64,000 bases of DNA from Nanobdellota archaeon (GCA_030697505.1 JAUYPX010000018.1:3265-67264); one strand, 5' to 3'. Counted from the first letter of the stretch, positions 36,756 through 46,528 are shown. Numbers and translations are program-made. Notes: a model not told the origin generated them from the letters alone.

Positions 36756-38252
36756 ATGGTACAGGATCTCGTTAAAACCAGAGAAGAATTAGAAGAAATA
36801 GCTGGCGCTTTGGCCTCTGAAATTGCTAATCCGAATGAAAATATTGTCTCTCGATATCTCAGAGTAATTTATGATCAAGTTTCCTTTATGAACGGAAAGA
36901 AATACCAACAAAGAGGAGGCGATGGCAACATCAACAAGGAGTTCATGGATCGGGGTATTTACAATCAATGCCCTATTGACGACCTAGTGCCTTCTCATAA
37001 TTTTCGCGATCTGGTAGTAGCCAGGGATTTGCGTATGACCAGATTCCCTTTCGCGAAGAAAAATGTCGAATTACCACCAGAACAAGAAGTTTTCTTTGAA
37101 GAAATTCCTTCTGAGATAGACTTCTACAACCTCGAATTAGCCGAGTTTACAAAAGAACATCCAAACACGCGCTTCACCAGAGTTTTTGCAGTAGAGCAAC
37201 GGGTTATAGTAAATTCCAAAGGCGGAGTAGCAATCCAGTCTATCCCGTTTTTTAGAATTTCTTATTCGCATGGTTATGAACCCATCCCTACTTCCAGAGA
37301 ACTCGCAGCAGTGTGTACTTCTGCTCAAGACATCCACAATTATACCAAATTAATAGCGTTCATCCCTGATCCCACCATTGATAAAAAAGTTAAAAAGGCG
37401 TCATCTTTTTCAGAAGCTTTCCATGAGCTTTACCTCATATCTAAGTTACGCCATGGAAGTTTAGAGGAAGCAGGAATACCATTAGCAGGATTATATGATG
37501 TAGTAGTTTTAACCGGGACACCCGCTCATGAGGTTTTTGGCCATCATTTTGAGGAGCCGGTCAGATTCTTAAATTATGGTGAATCAGCCACTTTCAAGGC
37601 AGGACAGGATATTAAAAATGATACTATTACTTTGAAAGATGATCCTCATCAACGTATAGATAATTTACGGGTACAAGGTTTTACCCATGTTGATGCCTAT
37701 GGAAGAAAAAGAGAAACACGAACGCACATCAAAGATGGAAAATGCCTTGAGTTTTTAGGAAGCGAATACGCTGATCCAGAAATGTTACGACCTTATTTAA
37801 ATGTGGATACAAATATGTTTTTGGGCAATGCTTCTCAGCACCTAGATGGTCGTTTCCCACAAGCTAGAATGAGCTGCACCGTCTTAGACGGGAAAACAGA
37901 AGAGATTGACCTTGAAGGAAAAATTCTAATTGTGTCCCAAGAAGGCCATACTTCTCCACAGGATAAAACATATTCATTAGGTGCAAGAGAAGCATATGTA
38001 GTCAGAAATGGAGAACCACAGAGAATTGTTCCTCTACGAATAACAGGAGCAATAAATCAGGCCTTAGCAAACGTCACATTATTAGAAGATTGGAACTATA
38101 ACATTGGTTGCTGTGGAAAACCCTCTCCCTTAGATGAAGGATATGCTACCATTATTGTATCTGAACTTACCAGGAATCAATTATGGCGTCAACAGCAAGT
38201 GTATCCTGTACCTGTTTCTCCCGATCACTTACAGATATTACGCGGCTATTAA
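36756..38252 (+). CDS. TldD/PmbA-family (peptidase U62) metallopeptidase-like protein
   Basis: HExxxGH-type motif in TPAHEVFGHHFEEP and a length (498 aa) typical of TldD. Confidence 0.45.
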   Translation: MVQDLVKTREELEEIAGALASEIANPNENIVSRYLRVIYDQVSFMNGKKYQQRGGDGNINKEFMDRGIYNQCPIDDLVPSHNFRDLVVARDLRMTRFPFAKKNVELPPEQEVFFEEIPSEIDFYNLELAEFTKEHPNTRFTRVFAVEQRVIVNSKGGVAIQSIPFFRISYSHGYEPIPTSRELAAVCTSAQDIHNYTKLIAFIPDPTIDKKVKKASSFSEAFHELYLISKLRHGSLEEAGIPLAGLYDVVVLTGTPAHEVFGHHFEEPVRFLNYGESATFKAGQDIKNDTITLKDDPHQRIDNLRVQGFTHVDAYGRKRETRTHIKDGKCLEFLGSEYADPEMLRPYLNVDTNMFLGNASQHLDGRFPQARMSCTVLDGKTEEIDLEGKILIVSQEGHTSPQDKTYSLGAREAYVVRNGEPQRIVPLRITGAINQALANVTLLEDWNYNIGCCGKPSPLDEGYATIIVSELTRNQLWRQQQVYPVPVSPDHLQILRGY

Positions 38253-38355
38253 CTAATTTTATTAAGTATACTGATTTTTAAGTGCCTGACCAAAACGTCC
38301 CACTTTGGAAAGAAATAAATATAAGCATTTAAAATATAGATTAAAAACACAGTAA

Positions 38356-40263
38356 TTGTTGTCGCAGGAGGAAAATATCATGGCTAAAAAATCAAAATCT
38401 ATGCAACCTACAGAGATCAAAGCGGCCGAAACCGGCTTGCCTTTACCTTCTAATCTTCCTAACATCCCTCCGGAAATGGAGAAGAAGCTGAAAGCTATCA
38501 AAGATAAATTAGACAAATTCAAAGAGAAAGTCCTGGAAAAGTTTGGAGATTATATCGTAGGCATCGCTCTTCTGCCTCCGGAAAAGGCACAAAAAGAAGG
38601 GGAACAGGGCAAGGAAGGGGAAGAAAAACCCGATGATAAGAAAGATGAAAATAAGATCCATGTCTTAGTAGTTGTTGATGACACCACTTCGCAAAAGATG
38701 ACTAAAGATGAACTGTTCAACAAGTTCTCCTCCGCCGTAAAGCAGATCGGTGAAGAAGTAGACAAAGATATCGCTTCTCAATGCGCATTATTAACGGACC
38801 TATGGCAGAATTGTTATGATGCTAAGTATGATCTAAACCGGCTTATCTCCATGAGCGCGCCATTGCATGATACCGGAATGTTAGCAGCCATCAAGATCGC
38901 AGAAATCCACAAAAGCATGGTCATCAAGAAGTTTGAGAAATACATCCTCAGCTACGTTTTAGCTGGTTCTTTGACGCAGGGAAAAGCAACTCCTACCTCT
39001 GACATTGATGTATGGATCGTCATCGATGATACTGACGTCAAGAAGATGAGCAGATTAGAATTGAAAGATAAACTGCGGGCGATCATCATCGGCATGGGCG
39101 CCGAAGCCGGGGAGATGACCGGCATAAAAAATAAACTGAATATCCAAGTCTATATCTTAACTGACTTCTGGGAATCGTTGAAAGAAGCAAATCCGATCAT
39201 CTTTACTTTGCTGCGCGACGGAGTCCCTTTCTACGACCGCGGCATTTTCATGCCCTGGAAGCAGCTGCTGAGAATGGGGCGGATCAAGCCCAGCCGGGAA
39301 GCGATCGATCTGTTCATGAGCACCGGCGAACAAAGTATCAGCAGAGTAAAAGGCAGATTAAAAGAGATGGGCATGGAAGATACTTATTATGCGATCTTAA
39401 CTCCCTCGCAAGCAGCGATCATGTTGTATGGATTGCCGCCGCCCACACCGCGAGAGACTCCTGACGTGCTGGAAGAGATCTTTGTTAAGAAAGAAAAGAT
39501 GCTGGAAGCGGAATATGTAAAAATCCTCCGCAATAACGTGGACATCCGCAAGAAGATCGAGCACGGCGACAAAAAAGAATTGAGCGGAACAGAATTAGAC
39601 AAATTGATCAATGATGCAGAAAAGTTCCTGAAACGGATCAAGGAATTGTTTACCGAGATCGAAGCTAAGCATGATGAGCGAAGCATTATCATGCTCTACG
39701 ATGAAGTCATGACTATCATTCGCGATGTCCTCAAGCTAGAGGGAATCGAAAAAGCGCAGGATACGCAATTAATTAAATTTTTTGAAGATGAATTGGTAAG
39801 CACCGGAAAAGTGCCAGCGAGATTTTTGCGCGATCTGAACGAGATCATCGAAGCCAAACAGAAGCATGACCAGAAGAAGCTGACCAAGACCGACATCGAA
39901 AAAGCAAGAAAAGGCAGTTCCGGCTTGTTTAAGTTCTTAGTCGAGTATATGCAGCGCAAGCGCGGGCAGGAAATGGAACGCGCCAGAGTTCGGGTAAAGC
40001 ACGGCGAGAAGTTTGGTGAAGTCATTTTACTGGACACTATAGCTTTTGTCATTCATGACTTGGATGCAAAAGAGCAGCAGATTGAGAAAGCTGCTATCCG
40101 AGAGAATGGAAGCCTCGGCCCATTAGAGAAAACTAATCTGGAAGAATTTGAGAAGGAGTTAGCAAAAGCGAAATTTCCTAAGCGCGTATTTGTGAAAGAA
40201 CCTTTGTTCGAGAGTTTGAAAGGCATCTTCGGGCATGATGTGGAAGTGCTGCTGCAATACTAA
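38356..40263 (+). CDS. large protein with Pol-beta-superfamily nucleotidyltransferase domain(s) and a C-terminal helical, possibly HEPN-like, region
   Basis: Minimal NTase signature GSLTQGKATPTSDIDVWIVIDD. An earlier NTase-like stretch HVLVVVDDTTSQ lacks the Gly-Ser motif. C-terminal helical region IEAKHDERSIIMLYDEVMTIIRDVLKLEG. Confidence 0.4.
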   Translation: MLSQEENIMAKKSKSMQPTEIKAAETGLPLPSNLPNIPPEMEKKLKAIKDKLDKFKEKVLEKFGDYIVGIALLPPEKAQKEGEQGKEGEEKPDDKKDENKIHVLVVVDDTTSQKMTKDELFNKFSSAVKQIGEEVDKDIASQCALLTDLWQNCYDAKYDLNRLISMSAPLHDTGMLAAIKIAEIHKSMVIKKFEKYILSYVLAGSLTQGKATPTSDIDVWIVIDDTDVKKMSRLELKDKLRAIIIGMGAEAGEMTGIKNKLNIQVYILTDFWESLKEANPIIFTLLRDGVPFYDRGIFMPWKQLLRMGRIKPSREAIDLFMSTGEQSISRVKGRLKEMGMEDTYYAILTPSQAAIMLYGLPPPTPRETPDVLEEIFVKKEKMLEAEYVKILRNNVDIRKKIEHGDKKELSGTELDKLINDAEKFLKRIKELFTEIEAKHDERSIIMLYDEVMTIIRDVLKLEGIEKAQDTQLIKFFEDELVSTGKVPARFLRDLNEIIEAKQKHDQKKLTKTDIEKARKGSSGLFKFLVEYMQRKRGQEMERARVRVKHGEKFGEVILLDTIAFVIHDLDAKEQQIEKAAIRENGSLGPLEKTNLEEFEKELAKAKFPKRVFVKEPLFESLKGIFGHDVEVLLQY

Positions 40264-40276
40264 TTTTATCTTTAAT

Positions 40277-40548
40277 GTCAAAGAAATTCGACACCACTGG
40301 TGAACACACCAGTGGCATGCTCGCTCAAGAAAAGAAACACATGAAAATTAACAACGATTAATTTTCAGTGCTGAAATAAAGTAGTTTCTTTATTTCATGC
40401 TTCGCTTGGTCGAATTTCCGACCCTGCTTTTTCCAGCCTAGGTGAAATCATTGATTCACCACCAGTGAAATATGCACAATAAAGAAACTACTTTATTGGC
40501 ATCCCAGAAGCTTCGCTTCTCAGGACACTGGTGGAAAAAGCAGATTTT
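40277..40548. repeat. about 272 bp highly structured element, copy D; inverted copy of 28626-28897, lying between convergent gene ends
   Basis: See copy C. Contains gctgaaataaagtagtttctttatttcatgc and cacaataaagaaactactttattggc hairpin modules and the ccactggtg-aaca-caccagtgg hairpin. Confidence 0.85.
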
Positions 40549-40552
40549 ATAT

Positions 40553-41407
40553 TTATTTCTTCACTACATAAAACAATTCATTAGCAAATTCTAAAATAGT
40601 ATATCCATACCCTAGACGTTTACATAACCATTCCATCCAGCTTCGTCTGGGAGCAGTCATGGCTTTGCCGCTCATAGTCTTGGTGGCGAAACTTACTACG
40701 ATATATTTTGCAGGAATTTTCTGGAGGAGCTCTTCTGTTTTCTTATGCCCTTTACCCTGATCGATGACATCGGTCATCTTGAAGAGGAAAGCAAGATCGG
40801 CCTTAGGGAAGGTAACATTGGCAGCAGCAATATCGAAAATCAAGGCTTTTCCAATGAATGAAGGATTTTCTTGGTGTAACATTTGGAAATAGTGATTTAT
40901 TGATTGTATCTCTTCTTCATTGATATCGTAGACATGATAAGTACATTGGCCTAATTTCATATAACTAAAAGAAAAAGGATTGATGCCACCGCCAAGATCG
41001 AGAATTGTTCTTGGTTTTCCGGTGATAGAGAATATTTTTGAATATAATTGTTCGTAGACAGGCAAGCGTTCCTGCGTTGAAGAATGAGTGGAAAGAATCT
41101 GCTGGACGAGAGCAGCTCTTTTTGCTGGCGGCGCTTCTAATAATTCCTGAATTAATTTTTTCCTTTCTTGAGGATCATCGCGGAAAAGGCCATAGACTCT
41201 TCGCAACTGGGAGCGGACTTGTTTAACCACGGTTGAATAGGCTTTTGATTTGGGGTTGAAATTCTCCTGCAATGATTTCAGAAGTTTTTGCTCCTGCTGC
41301 AGATACTTGCGCAGGGATTCTTCTACGAAATGATCGTCGATGCTCTGCAGCTCTTTTTTTTTCTTGATCTCTTGTATTAAGAGGGTGATTTTATCTTTAT
41401 CCAGCAT
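40553..41407 (-). CDS. putative class I SAM-dependent methyltransferase, possibly an rRNA or tRNA methyltransferase
   Basis: Glycine-rich motif I-like ILDLGGGINPF followed by an acidic loop (YDINEEE) and FDIA, after an N-terminal helical region; weak. Confidence 0.3.
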   Translation of the reverse strand: MLDKDKITLLIQEIKKKKELQSIDDHFVEESLRKYLQQEQKLLKSLQENFNPKSKAYSTVVKQVRSQLRRVYGLFRDDPQERKKLIQELLEAPPAKRAALVQQILSTHSSTQERLPVYEQLYSKIFSITGKPRTILDLGGGINPFSFSYMKLGQCTYHVYDINEEEIQSINHYFQMLHQENPSFIGKALIFDIAAANVTFPKADLAFLFKMTDVIDQGKGHKKTEELLQKIPAKYIVVSFATKTMSGKAMTAPRRSWMEWLCKRLGYGYTILEFANELFYVVKK

Positions 41408-41466
41408 GAAGTATACTAAAACTTTCAGTTATAAAAAGCTTTTTAAAGCGGGAGAGAATAAGCAGA

Positions 41467-42108
41467 GTGATGGATAAAGGTGGAAAGCTCAAGAAAGCCT
41501 GGCACTTCTTTTGGCATGAAGATTCCCTAGCCAGTTTTGCAGTAAACATAGGAGTAGCACTTTTAGTGATCATATACGTGGTCTATCCGCTCTTAGGAAT
41601 GGTTTTAGGGACTAGTTTTCCTATCGTGGCAGTGATCAGCGAAAGTATGCAGCATGGGCTGCATAACGGAAAATTATGTGATGCGTACTTTGTTGAATTC
41701 AAAGAATCCTTTGACAATTACTGGGATGTTTGCGGATCTTGGTATGAAGAGCAGGGGATCAGCAAAGAAAGGTTCAAAAGCTTTCCTTTTGCCCAGGGAT
41801 TTAATAAAGGGGATGTGATCGTGCTCTGGAGAGCAAATAAAGATAACCTTGAAGTAGGTGACATTTTAGTTTTTCAAAACGACCGGCCTCAACCGATCAT
41901 CCATCGGATGGTGCAGATCGAGGAGGAAGACGGAAAATCTTTTTATCACACCAAAGGCGACCATAACCGCGGTTCTATCGCAGGAGAAGAGAAAATAGAT
42001 CAAGGCAGGATTTATGGCAAAGGGTTATTTCGGGTGCCCTATTTAGGCTGGGTAAAGATATTGTTTGTGGAACTGGTACGGCCGTTAGGCTGGAATATCC
42101 AGAGATAG
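41467..42108 (+). CDS. signal peptidase I (S26 family)
   Basis: N-terminal TM helix, catalytic Ser box VISESMQHGL, and box E-like KGDHNRGS. Confidence 0.55.
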   Translation: MMDKGGKLKKAWHFFWHEDSLASFAVNIGVALLVIIYVVYPLLGMVLGTSFPIVAVISESMQHGLHNGKLCDAYFVEFKESFDNYWDVCGSWYEEQGISKERFKSFPFAQGFNKGDVIVLWRANKDNLEVGDILVFQNDRPQPIIHRMVQIEEEDGKSFYHTKGDHNRGSIAGEEKIDQGRIYGKGLFRVPYLGWVKILFVELVRPLGWNIQR

Positions 42109-42111
42109 AAA

Positions 42112-42786
42112 TTATTTTAAGAGTTCTAGTTTGATCTCGGCGATTTTTTGTTTGAGGAGTAAAGAATGAGTTTCTTCTGTTCCTAGATAATCTTTAAATT
42201 CTTCAAAATAATGGAAATCATTTAGTTTAGTGATATAAACGCCACGAGGAGTAGCAGTAAGGTCATGATAGCGGAAGGAAATATTATTGTTTTTTAGATA
42301 TCGCAAAGATTCATCAAACAGATCCGGCCTTTTGCTTCGCCAATCATGAAGATCTGCTTCTACTCCGTCAACTACATACCAATCCGCTTTTCCGCCATGA
42401 GCAATTCCTACCACTGCTTTTTGAACAGCATATTTTTCAGTTAAATGATTCCGCAGGCCTTCATGGAAATCCATAGCATGAACACAAAAAGAAGTTGCCT
42501 CTGGAATATCATGGAGGGCAGAATCAAGATCTTTAAGAGAAGTATACTTCCCTATAATCAGGTTTAAATCGTGCTGTATTTCTTGGTCATTAGTCGGTAA
42601 AGCGAGAACTTGGCAAGGACGGCTTTCAAAAGAACCATAAAATGCTCTTTCTGTCGGGAACAAGAGATGCTCTTTATCATCGCAGAGGATCACTTCCGTT
42701 TCCTTGGGCCTTTCCAGCGAAATCTGCACCGGAGAGCCGTACTGCCGTTCCAAGGCCTTGATTAAGGAACGTATTTTCTTATCCAT
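42112..42786 (-). CDS. hypothetical protein
   Basis: ORF only. Confidence 0.3.
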   Translation of the reverse strand: MDKKIRSLIKALERQYGSPVQISLERPKETEVILCDDKEHLLFPTERAFYGSFESRPCQVLALPTNDQEIQHDLNLIIGKYTSLKDLDSALHDIPEATSFCVHAMDFHEGLRNHLTEKYAVQKAVVGIAHGGKADWYVVDGVEADLHDWRSKRPDLFDESLRYLKNNNISFRYHDLTATPRGVYITKLNDFHYFEEFKDYLGTEETHSLLLKQKIAEIKLELLK

Positions 42787-42909
42787 TGCTCTTACGCTAG
42801 CCCATGGATATAAATAGTTTATGCCTTTCCAATTAGATAAAGTATATAAAGAACCAGCTGATTTCTGGATAAAATAAACAATGGTTAAGATAGAGATAGG
42901 TGAGATATA

Positions 42910-43221
42910 ATGTTCTGTCCGACATGTGGTTCAATATTACGGCCGAAAGACAAGGCCGGGAAAAAGGTTCTTTTTTGCAGCTGCGGCTTTAGCAAGGCTC
43001 CCGAAGAGGAAACCGCGGAATTGAAAGAGAAAGTAAAGGGAACTAAAAAGATCGAAGTGATTGAGCAGGTAGAGACTCATCCTAAAATCAAGACCCCTTG
43101 TCCTAAATGCGATAACAAAGCAGCATATTTCTGGACTCAGCAGACTCGGGGCGCAGACGAGCCGGAAACCAGGTTCTTTAAATGCACGAAATGTAATTAT
43201 ACTTGGAGAGAGTATTCGTAA
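42910..43221 (+). CDS. tfs: transcription factor S / RNA polymerase subunit M-like (TFIIS-type C-terminal zinc ribbon)
   Basis: N-terminal Zn ribbon CPTCGS...CSCG. The C-terminal TFIIS-type ribbon CPKCDNKAAYFWTQQTRGADEPETRFFKCTKCNYTWRE carries the acidic RGADE loop motif. Confidence 0.75.
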   Translation: MFCPTCGSILRPKDKAGKKVLFCSCGFSKAPEEETAELKEKVKGTKKIEVIEQVETHPKIKTPCPKCDNKAAYFWTQQTRGADEPETRFFKCTKCNYTWREYS

Positions 43222-43731
43222 ATGGCTCTTACACCGGCAGAGATCCTGAAGAAAGTAGAAGTTAGTGTAGCATTTTCAAGCTGGAAAAAGAAGCATCCGC
43301 AAGGATATCTTTCTCATTTCTTTTGTCCGATCAGCCATGACTGTGAATTGAAAAGCGATTGGGAAATCGGATTTTACGATGCTGATTCGGAGAAGATGAG
43401 CGTCTTTGCCTGCGGGGAAGCAATTACCGTAAAAGAAAATGAAGATGAAGTGTTCAAGAAGCCGGAACAGAAAGTAGAAGAATTGAAGATCAAAGCAGTT
43501 GACACTTCTTATGAGAAAGCAGTTGATGTCTTTGCTGCGCAGGTAGAAGAATTGTTTCCTAAAGCCGGCCGGGGAGATGGTTTTGTCATCCTGCAAAATC
43601 TAGAAGGGAAATCGTTATGGAATTTTACTTTCATCACCAGTGACCTGAAATTCATCAACATCAAGATCAATACCAAAACCGGAGAAGTTGATTCTCATCT
43701 GAGTATGGATTTGATCGATAGGGGACAGTGA
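43222..43731 (+). CDS. hypothetical protein
   Basis: ORF only. Confidence 0.3.
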   Translation: MALTPAEILKKVEVSVAFSSWKKKHPQGYLSHFFCPISHDCELKSDWEIGFYDADSEKMSVFACGEAITVKENEDEVFKKPEQKVEELKIKAVDTSYEKAVDVFAAQVEELFPKAGRGDGFVILQNLEGKSLWNFTFITSDLKFINIKINTKTGEVDSHLSMDLIDRGQ

Positions 43732-44075
43732 ATATGAAAGAACCAGAACTTAGTCAACTCGCAGTCCTTGCCGATGCCTTAGTCGCTGACCCTAAAGGAT
43801 ATAAAGAACTCCTTGACGAAGCTCGACTGGATTCAACCATGTCGCATCGAGAACTGCAACATGCAATTGATTATTTAGAAAATTCATTTGATAAATACTT
43901 CAGTACGTCGCCTAGTAATAGACCATTACCTAAAACTTATGCAGATCTGCAATGCGTAGTAAATGACCTCTATGCGAAAAGAAGAATTGTGGCGCGGCAC
44001 GCAGCGAACATGCTTTCAGCCGTATTAGATGATTGGGATACTAAAGGATATTATCAGGTTGCTGAAGACTACTAA
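43728..44075 (+). CDS. hypothetical protein
   Basis: ORF only. Confidence 0.3.
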   Translation: MNMKEPELSQLAVLADALVADPKGYKELLDEARLDSTMSHRELQHAIDYLENSFDKYFSTSPSNRPLPKTYADLQCVVNDLYAKRRIVARHAANMLSAVLDDWDTKGYYQVAEDY

Positions 44076-44346
44076 TTCTAACACTATAGTTTCCATATCA
44101 ACAGTCTTTATATAGTTCAAGAAGCTTCTTTTTTCCACGATAGATGTTTAGTAAAAGAGGTAAAGAAGGATTCGTCCTTCTAACCTCTTTTTGAGTGCAA
44201 AGCGTTAAAAAGAGGTGATAGATTTTTGTCTAAAGACAGCCCCAAGATTTCTTTCAATGCGCAGAAGAAGTGCAAGAAGCTAGATTCATTCTTCGGTGAA
44301 AATAAAGAAGACGAGCGCAAGAAAGAAAATTAAAAAACCAAACCTA

Positions 44347-45114
44347 TCATCTAAGGTTCTGCTGATAAAATTCTCTGGCCTGCTGTTTGGAATATTCGAT
44401 ACTTACTCCTGCATCCATATAGGCTAGCTTGACTCCCAATGAAGCAAAGAGATTTCTGAATTCCTCGCTTTCAAAATGCGGTTTAAGTTTGAGCTGGAAT
44501 TCTAGGTTTTCAAATTTGCAGTTGTCATCTTTTTCCCTGTCGGCAAGACGCTGCATCACTTCAGCTGCATCTTTAATAGTGGGGATAGCCAAATAATCCA
44601 TGGGATGTTCAGCACAATATTTATTGCCAGGGATAGACATGATTTCAGCAATGCTTAAATCTTCACCTACGTCTAAGGCGCTTTGCCTCTGGAAAGTGAT
44701 GGAAGAGGAAAAAGATCTGCTTTGATAAACATCAATTCCTTTTTGCAGCAAGGGAACCAGGAGCTGCTCATAGAGGATATGCCGGTCCAGCGCATACGCT
44801 TCTGCCACTGCCCGAGGAGAATAGGAACGGCCATTTCTAGCAATCAACTCATTTCGGATATATCTTCCGATTCCGCAAAAAGTCGGCTCGGAAGTGATGA
44901 CTACATCAAAATTCCCAATAAGATCAGTAGGAGAGGGATGGTAGTCATTATTTTTCCAAAACTCGTGGATGTCATAGACACGTTTCCCTTCTTTTTTTGC
45001 TTCTTCGACAAAAGTGCCCAGAAAAACCCCTTTCCCTACACCGTCTAACCCATCAACAACAACTTGTCTTCCTTTTTTCTGGTTCATTTTCTCACTTTCT
45101 CGCATAGGTAACAA
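44347..45114 (-). CDS. thymidylate kinase-like protein with an atypical P-loop
   Basis: VVVDGLDGVGKG resembles the Tmk EGxDGxGKT(T) motif, but the residue after Lys is Gly, not Ser/Thr. Co-oriented with folA and thyA. Confidence 0.45.
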   Translation of the reverse strand: MLPMRESEKMNQKKGRQVVVDGLDGVGKGVFLGTFVEEAKKEGKRVYDIHEFWKNNDYHPSPTDLIGNFDVVITSEPTFCGIGRYIRNELIARNGRSYSPRAVAEAYALDRHILYEQLLVPLLQKGIDVYQSRSFSSSITFQRQSALDVGEDLSIAEIMSIPGNKYCAEHPMDYLAIPTIKDAAEVMQRLADREKDDNCKFENLEFQLKLKPHFESEEFRNLFASLGVKLAYMDAGVSIEYSKQQAREFYQQNLR

Positions 45115-45646
45115 AAGAATATCCTTGCTTATCCTCTCTCTTTTGCTCTTGCCATTGAGCAGGATCTATTTTTGGAAAATAACGCAGCTCCCGGCCTTCA
45201 ACCTGCTGCTGAACCTTCGTTATTTCTAAAGATGTTGCATAGGGCATCGCTGCTTCATAGACCTGCTGTCCGCCGCCGATAAATACCTTAGAATAGTCTA
45301 TGCCCTGAATCTGGAATCTTCGGTCTCCCAGATGATGGAGAGCTTCTTCCAAAGAACGGCTGATGTAGACATCTTTTTCACGGAAAGATACATCGCCAGT
45401 GAGAACTACATTCTGTCTTCCCGGCAGGGGACGGAATTTGGGAGGGATTGATTCATAGGTAACCCGTCCCATGACGATGGGGTAACCTACAGTCAATTTT
45501 TTGAAATGATCAAAATCGTCCTTGATCAGTTCCTGATTTTTTTTTCGGTCTTTATGCCAGGGAATATTTCCATCTACGCCGATAACATTATTTTCTGATA
45601 CGGCTGCTATTAACACGATTTCCGATACTATTGCTGGTTCTTTCAT
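45092..45646 (-). CDS. folA: dihydrofolate reductase
   Basis: AVSENNVIGVDGNIPWH, GRVTYESIP, and PGRQNVVLT. Confidence 0.75.
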   Translation of the reverse strand: MKEPAIVSEIVLIAAVSENNVIGVDGNIPWHKDRKKNQELIKDDFDHFKKLTVGYPIVMGRVTYESIPPKFRPLPGRQNVVLTGDVSFREKDVYISRSLEEALHHLGDRRFQIQGIDYSKVFIGGGQQVYEAAMPYATSLEITKVQQQVEGRELRYFPKIDPAQWQEQKREDKQGYSFVTYARK

Positions 45647-45661
45647 CTAGATCTCCTCCTT

Positions 45662-46528
45662 TTAGACGGCAATATCAAACTTGATGAACGCATGGTGCTG
45701 ATAATTCAACACTTTCGTGTCTGTGTATTTCCACTCAAAAATAGATTTGAAATTTTCAGTTTCAATTGACGGAAGTGGAAATGGTTTTCTGGTGAGCTGT
45801 TCTTTTGCTTTATCTTCATGATTGACATAAATATGGGTGTCAGCTAAAAAGCCAGTCAGTTTTCCTTCCTTGTATCCTGTTTCTTTTGCTAATAAATGAA
45901 GTAAGGTAGCATAACTAGCTATGTTGAAGGGAAGTCCCAGCATTACATCAATTGAACGTTGATTCCAGACCAAATTAAGTTTTCCGTCAAGTATATTCAC
46001 CTGGAAACTATAATGGCAGGGAGGCAAACCCATCTGATATAATTGAGTGGGATTCCAGGAATTGACAATCATTCTCCTGTCGGTAGGATTGGTTTTAATC
46101 ATAGTAACTAATTGGCTAAGCTGGTCAAAACCCTGTCCATCATAATTAACTCCTAACCCTTTATACTCTGCGCCAAAGTGCCGCCATTGAAAACCGTAAA
46201 TCGGCCCTAAATCAGGTTCTTCTCTCATCCGCCGCTTGCTTTCTTGATCATGACCATACGGAACTTTTTCAGGATTAGCCCAATCATCCCAGATGTGGTT
46301 CTTTCGTTCCTGCAACCAGCGCTTGTCAGTCAATCCCTTGATGAAAAATTCTAATTCGCTGAAAACTCCCTCATGCCGCATTTTTTTTGTGGTCAGTAAA
46401 GGAAAACCATTAACCATATCGTGTTCAAACTTTTCTCCAAAAACGGTTAGAGTAGTTATGCCGGTGCGATTTTCTTTCCTGACCCCTTTTTGCAGAATTC
46501 TCTCTACAATTTCTAAATAAGCATCCAT
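45662..46528 (-). CDS. thyA: thymidylate synthase (ThyA)
   Basis: GPIYGFQWRHFGAEY, RRMIVNSWNP, catalytic Cys in LPPCHYSFQ, and DVMLGLPFNIASYA. Confidence 0.85.
   Translation of the reverse strand: MDAYLEIVERILQKGVRKENRTGITTLTVFGEKFEHDMVNGFPLLTTKKMRHEGVFSELEFFIKGLTDKRWLQERKNHIWDDWANPEKVPYGHDQESKRRMREEPDLGPIYGFQWRHFGAEYKGLGVNYDGQGFDQLSQLVTMIKTNPTDRRMIVNSWNPTQLYQMGLPPCHYSFQVNILDGKLNLVWNQRSIDVMLGLPFNIASYATLLHLLAKETGYKEGKLTGFLADTHIYVNHEDKAKEQLTRKPFPLPSIETENFKSIFEWKYTDTKVLNYQHHAFIKFDIAV

Noticed and set aside
28626-40548. The hairpin repeats as CRISPR arrays
   Set aside because: No regularly spaced identical direct repeats with unique spacers and no cas genes. The similarity is inverted and confined to two full copies plus scattered fragments.
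44076-44346. Possible tRNA or small gene in the 270 bp spacer after 43728..44075
   Set aside because: It contains only short hairpins (gaagga-ttcg-tccttc; cctcttttt/aaaaagagg) consistent with terminators. There is no acceptor, T-arm or D-arm arrangement, and only a 9-codon ORF.
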